Assembly (NCBI GenBank): GCA_964016885.1
Contig: OZ024765.1
Span: 21,824,001 to 21,888,000, forward strand
Length of the DNA stretch: 64,000 nt
Direction: 5' to 3'
Source: Eledone cirrhosa
Taxonomy: Eukaryota
Part shown: positions 40,045-53,994 of the stretch, one piece after another
How positions within the stretch are numbered: position 1 is the stretch's first letter
Layout of the letters: each line of letters opens with the position of its first letter
Position numbers and translations under genes: made by a program
The notes under the pieces: generated by a model
What the model was told of the DNA's origin: nothing
Seen by the model: the letters and a program-made list of their open reading frames with translations, nothing else
Databases searched by the model: none

Positions 40045-43000
40045 GAGAAGTATATATATATACCCAATAGTGTATATATAGAAGTATATATATATAGAGA
40101 AGTATATATATATACCCAATAGTGTATATATAGAAGTATATATACCCAATAGTGTATATATAGAAGTATATATATACCCAATAGTGTATATATAGAAGTA
40201 TATATACCCAATAGTGTATATATAGAAGTATATATATACCCAATAGTGTATATATAGAAGTATATATACCCAATAGTGTATATATAGAAGTATATATATA
40301 CCCAATAGTGTATATATAGAAGTATATATATACCCAATAGTGTATATATAGAAGTATATATATACCCAATAGTGTATATATAGAAGTATATATACCCAAT
40401 AGTGTATATATAGAAGTATATATATACCCAATAGTGTATATATAGAAGTATATATACCCAATAGTGTATATATAGAAGTATATATATACCCAATAGTGTA
40501 TATATAGAAGTATATATATATAGAGAAGTATATATACCCAATAGTGTATATATAGAAGTATATATATATACCCAATAGTGTATATATAGAAGTATATATA
40601 TACCCAATAGTGTATATATAGAAGTATATATATACCCAATATAGTGTATATATAGAAGTATATATATATACCCAATAGTGTATATATAGAAGTATATATA
40701 TACCCAATAGTGTATATATAGAAGTATATATATACCCAATAGTGTATATATAGAAGTATATATATACCCAATATAGTGTATATATACCCAATAGTGTATA
40801 TATAGAAGTATATATATACCCAATAGTGTATATATAGAAGTATATATATATACCCAATAGTGTATATATAGAAGTATATATATCCCCAATAGTGTATATA
40901 TAGAAGTATATATACCCAATAGTGTATATATAGAAGTATATATATACCCAATAGTGTATATATAGAAGTATATATATATAGAGAAGTATATATACCCAAT
41001 AGTGTATATATAGAAGTATATATATCCCCAATAGTGTATATATAGAAGTATATATACCCAATAGTGTATATATAGAAGTATATATATACCCAATAGTGTA
41101 TATATAGAAGTATATATATACCCAATAGTGTATATATAGAAGTATATATATACCCAATATAGTGTATATATAGAAGTATATATATATACCCAATAGTGTA
41201 TATATAGAAGTATATATATATACCCAATAGTGTATATATAGAAGTATATATATACCCAATAGTGTATATATAGAAGTATATATATATACCCAATAGTGTA
41301 TATATAGAAGTATATATATACCCAATAGTGTATATATAGAAGTATATATATACCCAATAGTGTATATATACCCAATAGTGTATATATAGAAGTATATATA
41401 TACCCAATAGTGTATATATAGAAGTATATATATACCCAATATAGTGTATATATAGAAGTATATATATACCCAATAGTGTATATATAGAAGTATATATATA
41501 CCCAATATAGTGTATATATACCCAATAGTGTATATATAGAAGTATATATATACCCAATAGTGTATATATAGAAGTATATATATATCCAATATAGTGTATA
41601 TATAGAAGTATATATATACCCAATAGTGTGTATATAGAAGTATATATATCCCCAATATAGTGTATATATAGAAGTATATATATATCCCCAATATAGTGTA
41701 TATATAGAAGTATATATATATACCCAATAGTGTATATATAGAAGTATATATATACCCAATAGTGTATATATAGAAGTATATATATACCCAATATAGTGTA
41801 TATATAGAAGTATATATATATACCCAATAGTGTATATATATACCCAATATAGTGTATATATAGAAGTATATATATACCCAATAGTGTATATATAGAAGTA
41901 TATATATACCCAATAGTGTATATATAGAAGTATATATATACCCAATAGTGTATATATAGAAGTATATATATACCCAATAGTGTATATATAGAAGTATATA
42001 TATACCCAATATAGTGTATATATAGAAGTATATATATACCCAATAGTGTATATATAGAAGTATATATATACCCAATAGTGTATATATAGAAGTATATATA
42101 TACCCAATAGTGTATATATAGAAGTATATATATATATATATATAACAAAGGAAATGTGGTAAGGAACCAGATGAACAATAACGCACTAGAGTACTCAATA
42201 CTTAGGGTAGTAGAGTGGGTGATAGGAAAAAGTATGGCCCTGACGGCAGAGCTCAAGCCGTTTCGACAACTAATAGCCGTCGAAACGGCTTGAGCTCTGC
42301 CGTCGGGGTCATACTTTTTCCTATCTATATATATATATATATATATATACCCAATAGTGTATATATAGAAGTATATATATATATATCATCATCATTTTAC
42401 GTCCGCTCTTCCCTGCTTGCAAGGGTGGGACGGGTCCTATTCAGCACAGCATCTTTCCACTCGTCACGGTCCCTCGTCATCTCCACCGTGAGCTTCAATG
42501 ATCTGTGGTCTGTTCTCACCACCTCCGCCCATGTTTTTCGTGGTCTACCTCTACCACGTCTTCCTTCAACTGGCATTTCCTGGCACTTCTTCACCCATCG
42601 GTCATCCTCCATGTGCATCACATGTCCATACCACCTCAGTCTCCTCTGCCGTACACTACATTCTATCCCTCTCAGACACAGTTTCTCTCTCAACACATTT
42701 ATGCTGGGGCGTTCACTCACATTTACACTGCACATCCAGCCGTCGCATATCCTCTGCAGTTGCTGCCCATGTCTCACTACCATGCACTTCGCGCTCCTCA
42801 CACAGGCATCATATAACCGGCCTTTCGTATGCAGGGAGAAACCCTTCTTCGTCAGCAGCTCCCTAAACTTCTTCCAACCCGTCCTTATTCTAGATACTAT
42901 GGCCTCCTCCCATGCTAATCTGATCTAGGTACCGGAAGCTATCCACCACTTCTATAGAACCCGCCTGCATTTGAAAAATGTGTCTATCAATGCGACTTCT

Positions 43001-43538
43001 ACTGTCTAATTTCCCTGTACATCTACTGCATACATATTTCTCCCTACCTGTTAGTTTGCCTGCTATGCTGCTACATCTCTTGTGTACCCAGGATCTGCAT
43101 TGTGTGGATTTTATAGAATTTATGCCAGTTCCTTTTCTGCATATCGAACATGGCCATTTCCCTGATGGAATGAGAGTTTTGTCCTCTTTTCTACTCATCA
43201 ACACTTTTGTCTTAGCTAGATTCACTCTCAGTCCTCTTGCTTCCAACTGCTGTTTCCATAGCCAGAATTTGTTCTCTAGCTCCTCTACTGATTCTGCTAT
43301 AAGAACCAGATCATCAGCATAGAGAAGTTCCCATGGACAGCCAGTCTTAAACTCCTCTGTTATGGCTTGGAGGACTATAATGAACAAGAGCGGGCTGAGG
43401 ACCGAACCTTGATGTACTCCTACTATATATATATATATATATATATACCCTATAGTGTATATATAGAAGTATATATATATATATATATACCCAATAGTGT
43501 ATATATAGAAGTATATATATATATATATATACCCAGTA

Positions 43539-43569
<31 letters not shown>

Positions 43570-43624
43570 CGCAATAGTGTATATATACAAGTATATATAT
43601 ACACCCAATAGTGTATATATAGAA

Positions 43625-43658
<34 letters not shown>

Positions 43659-43885
43659 CCAATAGTATGTATATTATGTTTATAATAGAAAAGTATATAT
43701 ACCCAACAGTGTATATACTATGTATATATAGAGAAGTATATATATACAATAGTGTGTATATAGTATGTTTATATATATAGAAGTATATATATTATGTTTA
43801 TATATAGAGAAGTATATATAGACAATAGTGTGTATATATTATGTTTATATATACCCAACAGTATATATATATATACCCAATAGCG
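40045..43885. repeat. ~30-bp TA-based minisatellite interrupted by a fold-back element and an RTE
   Basis: tatacccaatagtgtatatatagaagtata on both sides of 42144-43422. Confidence 0.93.
42386..43422 (-). mobile_element. truncated, frameshifted RTE LINE
   Basis: [20 protein letters not shown]...[15 protein letters not shown]; (CAT)n at left end. Confidence 0.92.
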
Positions 43886-44055
43886 TATGTTTAATATGTT
43901 TATATCAAAGAAGTACTTGGTATTTTGAACTTAGCTCACATACTGTTAAGTTTACCATTATTGATGGCGCCCCTAGGTCCTTAGTTAATCAAACCAGTCA
44001 AACAATCCCTTTTTTAATGATTTCCTCTCTTGTAGAATTTTCCAGACCCACCAAA

Positions 44056-44301
44056 ATGTCTTACGTATCATCGGGCTCAGATCTGTTCATGTTTGAGCCC
44101 TCAACGAAAAGATCCTCAAAAGAGCAGGTGACCTCACATAAAGTGACCTTACTAGTTCTGCTCTATGAATTTCTAAATGCCTACGAAAAGAAGTCCCAGA
44201 TTCGAGAGCAGTACCAACAAAACTTGGACCACGATGTTGAAATGAACTTTACAGATGTCGAAGTGAAAGCTATTCTCACCTTAATATTAGAACTATATCA
44301 G
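44056..44301 (+). CDS. ANAPC5: ANAPC5 (APC/C subunit 5) first coding exon; acceptor upstream puts exon start at 44036
   Basis: aaaATG; KEQVTSHKVTLLVLL resembles APC5 KDWVTPYKIAVLVLL; gtaagt donor. Confidence 0.88.
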
Positions 44302-44443
44302 GTAAGTTTCTATCCAATGTTGTCTCTGATCGAGACAAAGGAAGAGTTTATTTGAATACATAGAAAAATGAGAAAATGTCGTTAAAACAGCCAAATGCTG
44401 TCAATAACATAATCTGATAATGAGTGCAGGTTTAACCCTTTAG

Positions 44444-45203
44444 CATTTACATTACTCTATATATACTATTGTATTTTCACAGTAAAGGCTTTACCTCACA
44501 TAATATCTCACATAACATTTACATTACTCTATATATACTATTGTATTTTCACAGTAAAGGCTTTACCTCACATAATATCTCACATAACATTTACATTACT
44601 CTATATATACTATTATATTTTCACAGTAAAGGCTTTACCTCACATAATATCTCACATAACATTTACATTACTCTATATATACTATTGTATTTTCACAGTA
44701 AAGGCTTTACCTCACATAATATCTCACATAACATTTACATTACTCTATATATACTATTATATTTTCACAGTAAAGGCTTTACCTCACATAACATTTACAT
44801 TACTCTATATATACTATTATATTTTCTCAGTAAAGGCTTTACCTCACATAATATCTCACATAACATTTACATTACTCTATATATACTATTGTATTTTCAC
44901 AGTAAAGGCTTTACCTCACATAATATCTCACATAACATTTACATTACTCTATATACACTATTATATTTTCACAGTAAAGGCTTTACCTCACATAATATCT
45001 CACATAACATTTACATTACTCTATATATACTATTGTATTTTCACAGTAAAGGCTTTACCTCACATATCTCACATAACATTTACATTACTCTATATATACT
45101 ATTGTATTTTCACAGTAAAGGCTTTACCTCACATATCTCACATAACATTTACATTACTCTATATTTACTATTGTATTTTCACAGTAAAGGCTTTACCTCA
45201 CAT
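44444..45203. repeat. 72-bp minisatellite inside a piggyBac-like MITE (3 more copies at about 46505-46695)
   Basis: catttacattactctatatatactattgtattttcacagtaaaggctttacctcacataatatctcacataa. Confidence 0.93.
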
Positions 45204-46373
45204 GGTATTGAAGCTGCGAGATTTTGATATTTATTTTGAGAACAATACCTTAACATTGGTATGAGTGGTCAGTTATGGCTGGTTTGGACAGAAAGAGTTG
45301 AGAGAATTCTGGCTGGATATGGCCGGTTTAAGGTGGTGGAACGGCAAAGTTGTTAGAATGTCACATAGAATGTTCTGTGGTATTCATTTCAGCTCTTGGC
45401 TTTCTGAGTTTAAATCCTGCCGAGGTGAATGTTGACTTTCACCCGTTCAAGGTCAATAAAATAAGTACCAGTCAAGTACTGGGGTCAAATCTTCCTCTAT
45501 ATCTCTTTCTCACTTCTCTCTCTCTCTTTCTATCTTTCTCTGGAAGAAATCTGCTGTACTCAGGCATGGGCTCCACCAGGCTTAAAATATGCTCTATAAA
45601 CCCTGTCACTATGGCACCCCTATGACTCCACCAGAAGTTATGTGCGAGACCATGCAATACCTCAGTGCAGATTTACTGTATTTTCTAAATATTTTTATTT
45701 ACAGGTTAAGGCAATAAACTGCCATATTTATCATCATCATCATCATTTCATTTTACGACCGCTTTTCCCTGCTTGCAAGGATGAGACGGGAACTGATTCT
45801 GGCTTGATTTCTACAGCTGGATGCCCTTCCTAACACCAACCTCATTTACAGTGAGTGCTGGGTGCTTTTTTTCCCGTGGCACCTCCACGACCACTTTGCA
45901 GTGGAATGATAGGGACCCCAGTCCCTATCATCTCATTTCTACAGCTGAGTAAACTGGAGCAATGTGAAATAAAGTGTCTTGCTCAAGGAAACAACACATC
46001 ACCTGGTCTGAGAATTGAACTCACAACCTTTCGATTGCAAGGCCAATGCTCTAACCACTAAGCCATGTGCCATTATGGATGTCCTAAAAAGAATAGCATT
46101 CTAATATTGCCTGTACAGGTAATAAAAGTATGTATACATTTTTGGGAGACTCTCTTAGACCTGGCAACTCTCCCTGTCTGATGGGAAGATCTCCCACCCT
46201 CTTTGGAGTGGGTGAGAGATGTCTTCTCTCGTGAAAAAGCTTTCGTTATGTAAAATCTCCCTATTTTGCTTCATTTTTCCCTGTTTTGGGGCACTTTTTC
46301 ATGGTACTCCGTTTGGGTTTTTAGCGGTTTGCCAGGTCTACACTCTATATATTTCTCCCCTTTCAACTTACAG

Positions 46374-46456
46374 GGACCAGAAATGGCACTTGCTGACTTA
46401 CTTCATCTTGTGAAGGATGTGGTGAACTTACAGCTGGCTGAGAGATTCCAGAGAAG
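46374..46456 (+). CDS. ANAPC5: ANAPC5 coding exon 2
   Basis: GPEMALADLLHLVKDVVNLQLAERFQRR; phase 2 end. Confidence 0.88.
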
Positions 46457-46797
46457 GTTAAAGAATTCATTTTTTTTATTCCTCATTTTGTAACTTTAAC
46501 CCTTTAATATTTACATATACTATTGTATTTTCACAGTAAAGGCTTAACCTCACATAACATTTACATTACTCTATATATACTATTGTATTTTCACAGTAAA
46601 GGCTTTACCTCACATAATATCTCACATAACATTTACATTACTCTATATATACTATTGTATTTTCACAGTAAAGTCTTTACCTCACATAATATCAAATCTA
46701 TGAGATTTTGATATTTATTTTGAGAATACCTTAACATGAGTATGATGCCTTGTTAGAGATTCTATAATATTGTTTCTTCATCTCCTCCATTCTACAG

Positions 46798-46910
46798 GTT
46801 GACTGTGATAGCCAAAGGTGGGATCAGGGCCCTTAATGAGTTTATTAATCAATTTACTGATGATTTTCTACATTTCTCAGAAACTCTAATGCATAAATCA
46901 TCTTTGTTTG
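46798..46910 (+). CDS. ANAPC5: ANAPC5 coding exon 3
   Basis: LTVIAKGGIRALNEFINQFTDDFLHFSETLMHKSSLFG; gtgagt donor. Confidence 0.9.
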
Positions 46911-47084
46911 GTGAGTTTCACAGGTTGTTGTTGGTTCTTCTACTGTTGTTGTTGTTGTTGTTGGTTCTTCTACTGTTGTTGTTGTTGTTGGTTCTTGTCT
47001 TCTTCCTCTTCTTCTTTTCATACACACACAAGTGATATAAACACCCACACATATATATGTAAATGTGTGTGTATGTGTAATTCT

Positions 47085-48832
47085 ATTGTCTATCATTGTC
47101 AACTGCTACAAAGGTAAAGGTGATGCACTAGATAGAGGAAACTATAGAGGTATAAAGCTGATGGACCCGGTCATGAAAGTAACAGAAAGAGTTATAGCAC
47201 AGTTGATTAGGGACCGGGTGAAAATAGATGAGATGCAATTTGGGTTTGTACCAGGAAGAGGTACCACTGATGCCCTCTTCCTTGTGAGGCAGTTACAGGA
47301 AAAGTACCTAGCTAAAAGTAAGCCACTCTACCTGGCATTCGTCGATCTCGAGAAAGCCTTTGACAGAGTTCCACGTGCTGTAATCTGGTGGGCTCTTAGA
47401 AAACTAGGAGTAGATGAATGGCTTGTGAAAGCTGTACAAGCCATGTATAGAGGAGCAGTCAGCAAAGTTAGGATTAGCAATGAGTATAGCGAGAAATTTA
47501 GCGTGCAGGTTGGTGTCCACCAGGGCTCTGTTCTTAGCCCTCTCCTGTTCATCATAGTCCTGCAGGCAATAACGGAGGAGTTTAAGACCGGATGCCCATG
47601 GGAACTCCTGTATGCTGATGACCTCGCACTTATAGCTGAATCTATGGTAGAACTAGAGAAAAAATTCCAAACTTGGAAGCAGGGACTAGAAAGAAAGGGT
47701 CTCAAAGTCAACATGACAAAGACTAAGGTCCTTGTAAGTAGACGAGAAAACAGAACCCAGATCCCCTCAGTATGTAGGAAAGGTGTAGGTAGGAACTCCA
47801 TTCTCTGCCCCAAATGCAAACAATGGGTACACAAGAGATGTAGCGGGATCTCAGGAAGCTTAATTAAGAATGTAGGCTTCACATGCAGCAGCTGTGCTGG
47901 GACAGCAAGCAGCAAACAGCCACAGGAAACAAGTACCACCAATCTCTGGGAGGGCTCTGTAGAAACAGTAGACGGCTTCTGCTACCTAGGTGACCGAATT
48001 AGCAGCGGAGGTGGGTGTTCAGAAAGTACAATAACTAGGGTAAGAATGGGATGGAAGAAGTTCAGGGAACTACTGCCACTGCTAGCTGCAAAAGGCTTCT
48101 CCCTCAAAATGAAAGGAAGACTGTATGATGCGTGTATCCGAACAACAATGTTACATGGTAGTGAGACCTGGGCGCTGAAGGTGGAAGACTTACGTAGATT
48201 AGAGAGAAACGAAGCCTGCATGCTCCGATGGATGTGTAATAGTAATATACGTGAACGACAAAGCATAAACGAATTGAGAGAGAGACTGAACATAAGAGGA
48301 ATCAAATGCTGTGTGCAGGAGAGGCGGATGCGTTGGTATGGACATGTGATGCGTATGAAGGATGACAGCTGCATAAAAAGGTGCAGAGCACTAGAAGTCG
48401 ATGGAAACCGCGGAGTGGGGAGACCCAAGAAGAGCTGGGATGAGATGATAAAAGCCGACCTTACCCAATTACACCCCTCAAAGGCGATGACACACAGTAA
48501 TACAGAGTACCCGACTTCCCATGGGTACAAGCTGAAGCATATAGACAATATGCCCCCACACCCCCACACCCCAAGGTGGTCGTGGAGGTGCCACAGCAAA
48601 AAAGCACCCAGCCCACACTGTAAAGTGGACGTGTAGGCGCCACAAAAAAGCACCCAGCACTCATTGTAAATGAGGTTGGTGTTAGGGAGGGCATCCAGCT
48701 GTAGAAATCAAGCCAAATCAGTTCCTGTATGAGCAAGGCATGCTCAGCCGACCAGACACTGCCCACAACAGGACAACCCGTCTAACCCATGCTAGCGTGG
48801 AAGAACGGACGTAAAACGGTGATGATGATGAT
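47085..48832 (+). mobile_element. 5'-truncated RTE-clade LINE with open RT ORF, 3' UTR and (GAT)n tail, in ANAPC5 intron
   Basis: [42 protein letters not shown]-like motifs; Cys/His finger after RT. Confidence 0.95.
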
Positions 48833-48953
48833 GTATATATATATATGTATGTGTATATATATATGTGTGTATATATATATATGTGTATATATATATGTGT
48901 GTATATATATATATGTATGTGTATATATATATATATATGTATGTGTATATATA

Positions 48954-48984
<31 letters not shown>

Positions 48985-49624
48985 GTGTATATATATATAC
49001 TGTATATATGTGTGTGTATATATATATATGTATATATATATATACTGTGTATATATATGCCAGTGATATATAAATAACTAAACACACACTGTCTGTTATT
49101 AGAGTTGATTATTTTAACTGAGGTCGATTGGCAATAATGGGTAGAGCGTCAGACAACATGCTTTGCAGCATGGAGTTATGGCCCTTAACGTTCTGAGTTC
49201 AAATCCCGCCCAGGTTAGCTTTACCTTTCATCCTTACAGAGTTGATAAAATAAAGTACCAGTAATGCAGTGGGGTTGATTTAGTGGACTCTCCCTTTCCT
49301 TTTAAATTCCTGGCCTTCTGCCTATAGTAGAAACCATTGGTGGATTGCAGCACAGAGTTACGGCCCTTTACAGTCTCAGTTCAAATCCTGCCGAGGTTAA
49401 CTTTGCCTTTCATTGCTACAGGGTCGATAAAATAAAGTACCAGTAGCACACTGGGGTCGATTTTCCCCCCCACTATCACCTGGCCTTGTGTCTATAGTAG
49501 AAACCATTATTATAACTGATCCTTACGGGGTCGATAAAATAAAGTACCAGTAATGCACTGGGTAATTGCTGGCCTTGTGCCTAAAGTAGAAACAATTATT
49601 ATAACTGAACTATAATTATTTCAG

Positions 49625-49790
49625 GTTTGTTTGCTCGAAGGATGATGGTGACCTTTAATATGTTGTCTTTGAGTGAAGTGGTGAATATATTTAACCGGTT
49701 CCATGCTGAAATGATGGCCATCACCTCTGATAAAGAGAGAAATTGTACAGATTCGTTTGGTCAAGATGACAGCTTCGCTCAGGCAGAGAT
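49625..49790 (+). CDS. ANAPC5: ANAPC5 coding exon 4
   Basis: LFARRMMVTFNMLSLSEVVNIF... resembles GLFLRHMILAYSKLSFSQVFKL; phases consistent. Confidence 0.9.
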
Positions 49791-50851
49791 GTATGTATCA
49801 CTTCCTTCGTTTTCTTTTTTCTTTTTCAAACTCTTAACATCCTCTACCACATTAAACTATATTACCAAAACACACACACACACATATATATATGTATATA
49901 TATATATATGTATATATATACATATATACACATACATATATATATATGTATATATATACATATATACACATACATATATATATATATACATACATATATA
50001 TGGAGGCACATGGCTTAGTGGTTAGAGCATTGGCCTTGCAATCGAAAAGTTGTGAGTTCAATTCTCAGACCAGGTGATGTGTTGTTTCCTTGAGCAAGAC
50101 ACTTTATTTGACATTGTTCCAGTTTACTCAACTGTAGAAATGAGATGATAGGGACTGGGGTCCCTATCATTCCACTGTAAAGTGGTCGTGGAGGTGCCAC
50201 AGCAAAAAAAAGCAGCCAGCACTCACTGTAAATGAGGTTGGTGTTAGGAAGGGCATCCAGCTGTAGAAATCAAGCCAGAATCAGTTCCCGTCCCACCCTT
50301 GCAAGCAGGGAAAAAGCGGACGTAAAATGAAATGATGATATATATGTATATATATATATATCATCATCATCAATTAAAATCCATCTTCTACGCTAGCATG
50401 GGTTAGACGGGTCCTATTTTGAGGGAAGTTGTGTCGGGTGACCATGTCTTGCTCATATAAGGGTGTCTCTGGCAGGTTTTCTACGGCTGGATGCCCTTCC
50501 TAATGCCAACCACATTTACAGTGTGGACTGGGGAGTGGCGATGGAGGCTACTGTACATATGCTTCAGCTTGTGCTCGTGGGAAGTCGGGTCTTCTGTATT
50601 AACTGCATATCGCCAGAGATCTCGGTCCTGTGTCATCTATATATATGTAGTGAAAGTGCATGGCTTAGTGGTTAGAGCATTGGGCTTGCAATCGAAAGGT
50701 TGTGAGTTTGATTCTCGGACTGGGTGATGTGTTGTGTCCTTGAGCAAGACATTTTATTTCTTGTTGCTCCAGTTTATTCAACTGTAGAAATGAGTTGCAA
50801 TGTCACTGGTGTCAAGCTGTATCAGCCATTGTTTTCCTCTTGGACATCATC

Positions 50852-51208
50852 GGTGGCATGGAGAGGGGAGACTGGTATGTATGGGTGGCATGGAGAGGGG
50901 AGACTGGTATGCATGGGTGGCATGGAGAGGGGAGACTGGTATGTATGGGTGACATGGAAAGGGGAGACTGGTATGTATGGGTGGCATGGAAAGGGGAGAC
51001 TGGTATGTATGGGTGGCATGAAGAGGGGAGACTGGTATGTATGGGTGGCATGGAGAGGGGAGACTGGTATGTATGGGTGGCATGGAGAGGGGAGACTGGT
51101 ATGTATGGGTGGCATGGGGAGAGGAGACTGGTATGTATGGGTGGCATGGGGAGAGGAGACTGGTATGTATGGGTGGCATGGAGAGGGGAGACTGGTATGC
51201 ATGGGTGA
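50852..51208. repeat. 32-bp minisatellite within a SINE-like element
   Basis: ggtggcatggagaggggagactggtatgtatg. Confidence 0.93.
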
Positions 51209-53215
51209 CTGTTGGTCTTCCACCAAACAAACCATGGCCAGGCTTGTACTGCAGAGGGAAACTCTCCAGGTGCAAATCACATGGTCATTCGTGACCAAAG
51301 AAGGTCTTCGATATATATATATATATATATATATAGTATTAAGGATACTATTTATGGTTATGTATATACTAAAACTTTTTATAGTTATATATATTTTAAA
51401 CCCTAAACAGAGTTATATATATTTTTGTTTACCTGCTTAAAGTGCTTGTATTGCATATAACACCTTGCCGCACTATAATCTTATATAAATAAGACACACG
51501 TGCATGCCCCACGTGTAACTATTGCATACACTAACTACTTCAAACTATCCTCTTGCATTATCTTTGTAAACTGCCGATGTTGTATTTTAACTTTAATTTT
51601 GTTGTAATTTTCTTTTAATATGATTTTAATCTTTGTATGTAAATTGCCATGCTAAAATATTATAATGGATGTCACCCCACTGTGCATCGATATATACATG
51701 TGTTTCTGTATGTCTCTTGTGTTGGAAAGGAGGTCATGTATGTAAACAATCATTGAAAAATTGCTCCGAAGACTCCAAACCTCGGTTTGGACGAAACAAT
51801 TATAAACTAATAAATGGTTTGAACAGAACTTTGATTCATGTGATTTCTATATATATATATATCATCATCATCATCATCGTTTAACGTCCATGTTCCACGC
51901 TTGCATGGGTTTGGACGGGAGTTTTCCCACTTGAGGCAAGAGTGGTTGTCTTGCTCGCATAGGACTGTCTGGCGGGTTTTCTACAGCTGGATGCCCTTCC
52001 TAACACCAACCACATTTACAGTGTGTGTATATATATATAATGCAGTTGAAACTATAGTAATCCACAGAAGACAGCCAATGAGTGGAAACTGTCCTTATGT
52101 TTGTGTTTTCACCCCAGCTTTTAAAAAAATAATATATATATATCATCATCGTTTAACGTCCATCTTCCACGCTAGCATGGGTTTAGATGGGAGTTTTCCC
52201 ACTTGAGGCAAGATTGGTTGTCTTGTTGGTATAGGACTGTCTGGCAGGTTTTCTATGGCTGGATGCCCTTCCTAACACCAACCACGTTTACAGTGTGGAC
52301 TGGGAGGTTTTTACCGTGTTACCTACACGGCCACATTACAGCGTGGACTGTGTGTTTTTTGTTGTGACACCTACACGACCTCATTTATTTTGTACAGGAT
52401 GTTGTGGTAACAACATAACTTTATAGAGAAAGGGGTGGTGTTGATGGTGGTGGGAGGATGGAGTAGGGGTAGTGGGTTGGGATGTATATTTGATTAAGAG
52501 GTGCCTACTGACTGTAGGTTTCGCTTTGTACTTAGGTAAGGCGGGTCTTCTGTATTACTGCGTAGCGCCAAAGATCTCGGTCCAGTGACATTGTCTTAGA
52601 GAGGTGTAAGTTAGTAAGGTCAGAATTTATCAAATCGTCCCAGGTTTTTCTTGGTCAACTTACTCCGTAACTGATCGCCCTGCACTTTTTTATGCAGCTG
52701 TCGTCTTTCATCCGCATCACTTGGCCATACCAACGTAGTCTTCTCTAGAGTAAACAGCATCTGATCCCTCTTATTCCTAATTTCTCACTTAGTTCATTTA
52801 TGTTTATATGTAAACAAGAAGTGTAAGTCAACAGTCACACACTCCCTCTCTCTCACCCCTACACATAATTCCCTTTCCATCATGACAGACAATTTACACC
52901 CAACTGAAATACATAATATCATCATCATCATCATTCTTCGACTACTGTCGAGATGATGGATCTCACTCTCACGCCCCAGAATTCCCTGTCCCCCATCGCT
53001 GCCCCCAGGTCCCGTCTACTGATTCCCGTATCCCTAGAGATCATTATGATCAGAAACAGGACCTGGGAAAGCAGGGGCTGGACCCACATCAACAGGTATA
53101 CCATATAGTGTGGTTCCCTGAGGAACAGGAACCCTGGTGCAGTCAGTCAATACATAATATAGATTACCTAGATTACTCCCTTTAAAGAGTCTTTCATATT
53201 TCCTCTCCAATCCAG

Positions 53216-53276
53216 ATGGCCACCACCTGGCACCTATAAATCCCAGAAACAGGCTGAATACTACATAGCCAACCAG
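53216..53276 (+). CDS. ANAPC5: ANAPC5 coding exon 5
   Basis: WPPPGTYKSQKQAEYYIANQ (SQKQAE motif); gtgaga donor. Confidence 0.9.
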
Positions 53277-53424
53277 GTGAGATTCACTGCTTTGTTACCT
53301 TTTCATCGCTTCCTTCTCCGTCCCTCTCATACCTGCACCTGTACTATAACATACAGTCACACTTGCACCTATACTCTACAATACAAAGCTACCACCTTAT
53401 CCACATAGCCATACCTGTACTACA

Positions 53425-53806
53425 ACACAGCCATACCTACACCTTCACCACACACACAAACTACCACCTATACTGTAATACAGCCATACCTACACCTTCA
53501 CCACACACACAAACTACCACCTATACTGTAATACAGCCATACCTACACCTTCACCACACACAAACTACCACCTATACTGTAATACAGCCATACCTACACC
53601 TTCACCACACACAAACTACCACCTATACTGTAATACAGCCATACCTACACCTTCACCACACACACAAACTACCACCTATACTGTAATACAGCCATACCTA
53701 CACCTTCACCACACACAAACTACCACCTATACTGTAATACAGCCATACCTACACCTTCACCACACACAAACTACCACCTATACTGTAATACAGCCATACC
53801 TACACC
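53425..53806. repeat. 51/53-bp minisatellite
   Basis: cagccatacctacaccttcaccacacacaaactaccacctatactgtaata. Confidence 0.93.
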
Positions 53807-53860
53807 TCTTGTCATGTATATTGATTGTATCTATCTATCTATCTCTATTCCCATGTCTAG

Positions 53861-53962
53861 GCGTTCCTCATTCACCATAACGTGACAGAAGCAGCTCCAC
53901 CTAACAAACTACAAGAAAGGATTAGAAACTTGCTTAAGGAGAATCCAAATTTAGCTGAAGCT
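53861..53962 (+). CDS. ANAPC5: ANAPC5 coding exon 6
   Basis: AFLIHHNVTEAAPPNKLQERIRNLLKENPNLAEA; gtaagt donor. Confidence 0.92.
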
Positions 53963-53994
53963 GTAAGTATTATTTAAGTTCTTCTATCTATATT

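Noticed and set aside
39909-42256. 700-aa Tyr/Ile-rich ORFs
   Set aside because: Translation of a TA-based minisatellite.
47065-48636. Intact active or domesticated reverse transcriptase gene
   Set aside because: 5'-truncated, no endonuclease, start codon lies in the flanking microsatellite, and it has internal deletions.
50001-50075. tRNA gene
   Set aside because: The tRNA-like head continues into SINE core and tail and is multicopy; no proper acceptor stem.
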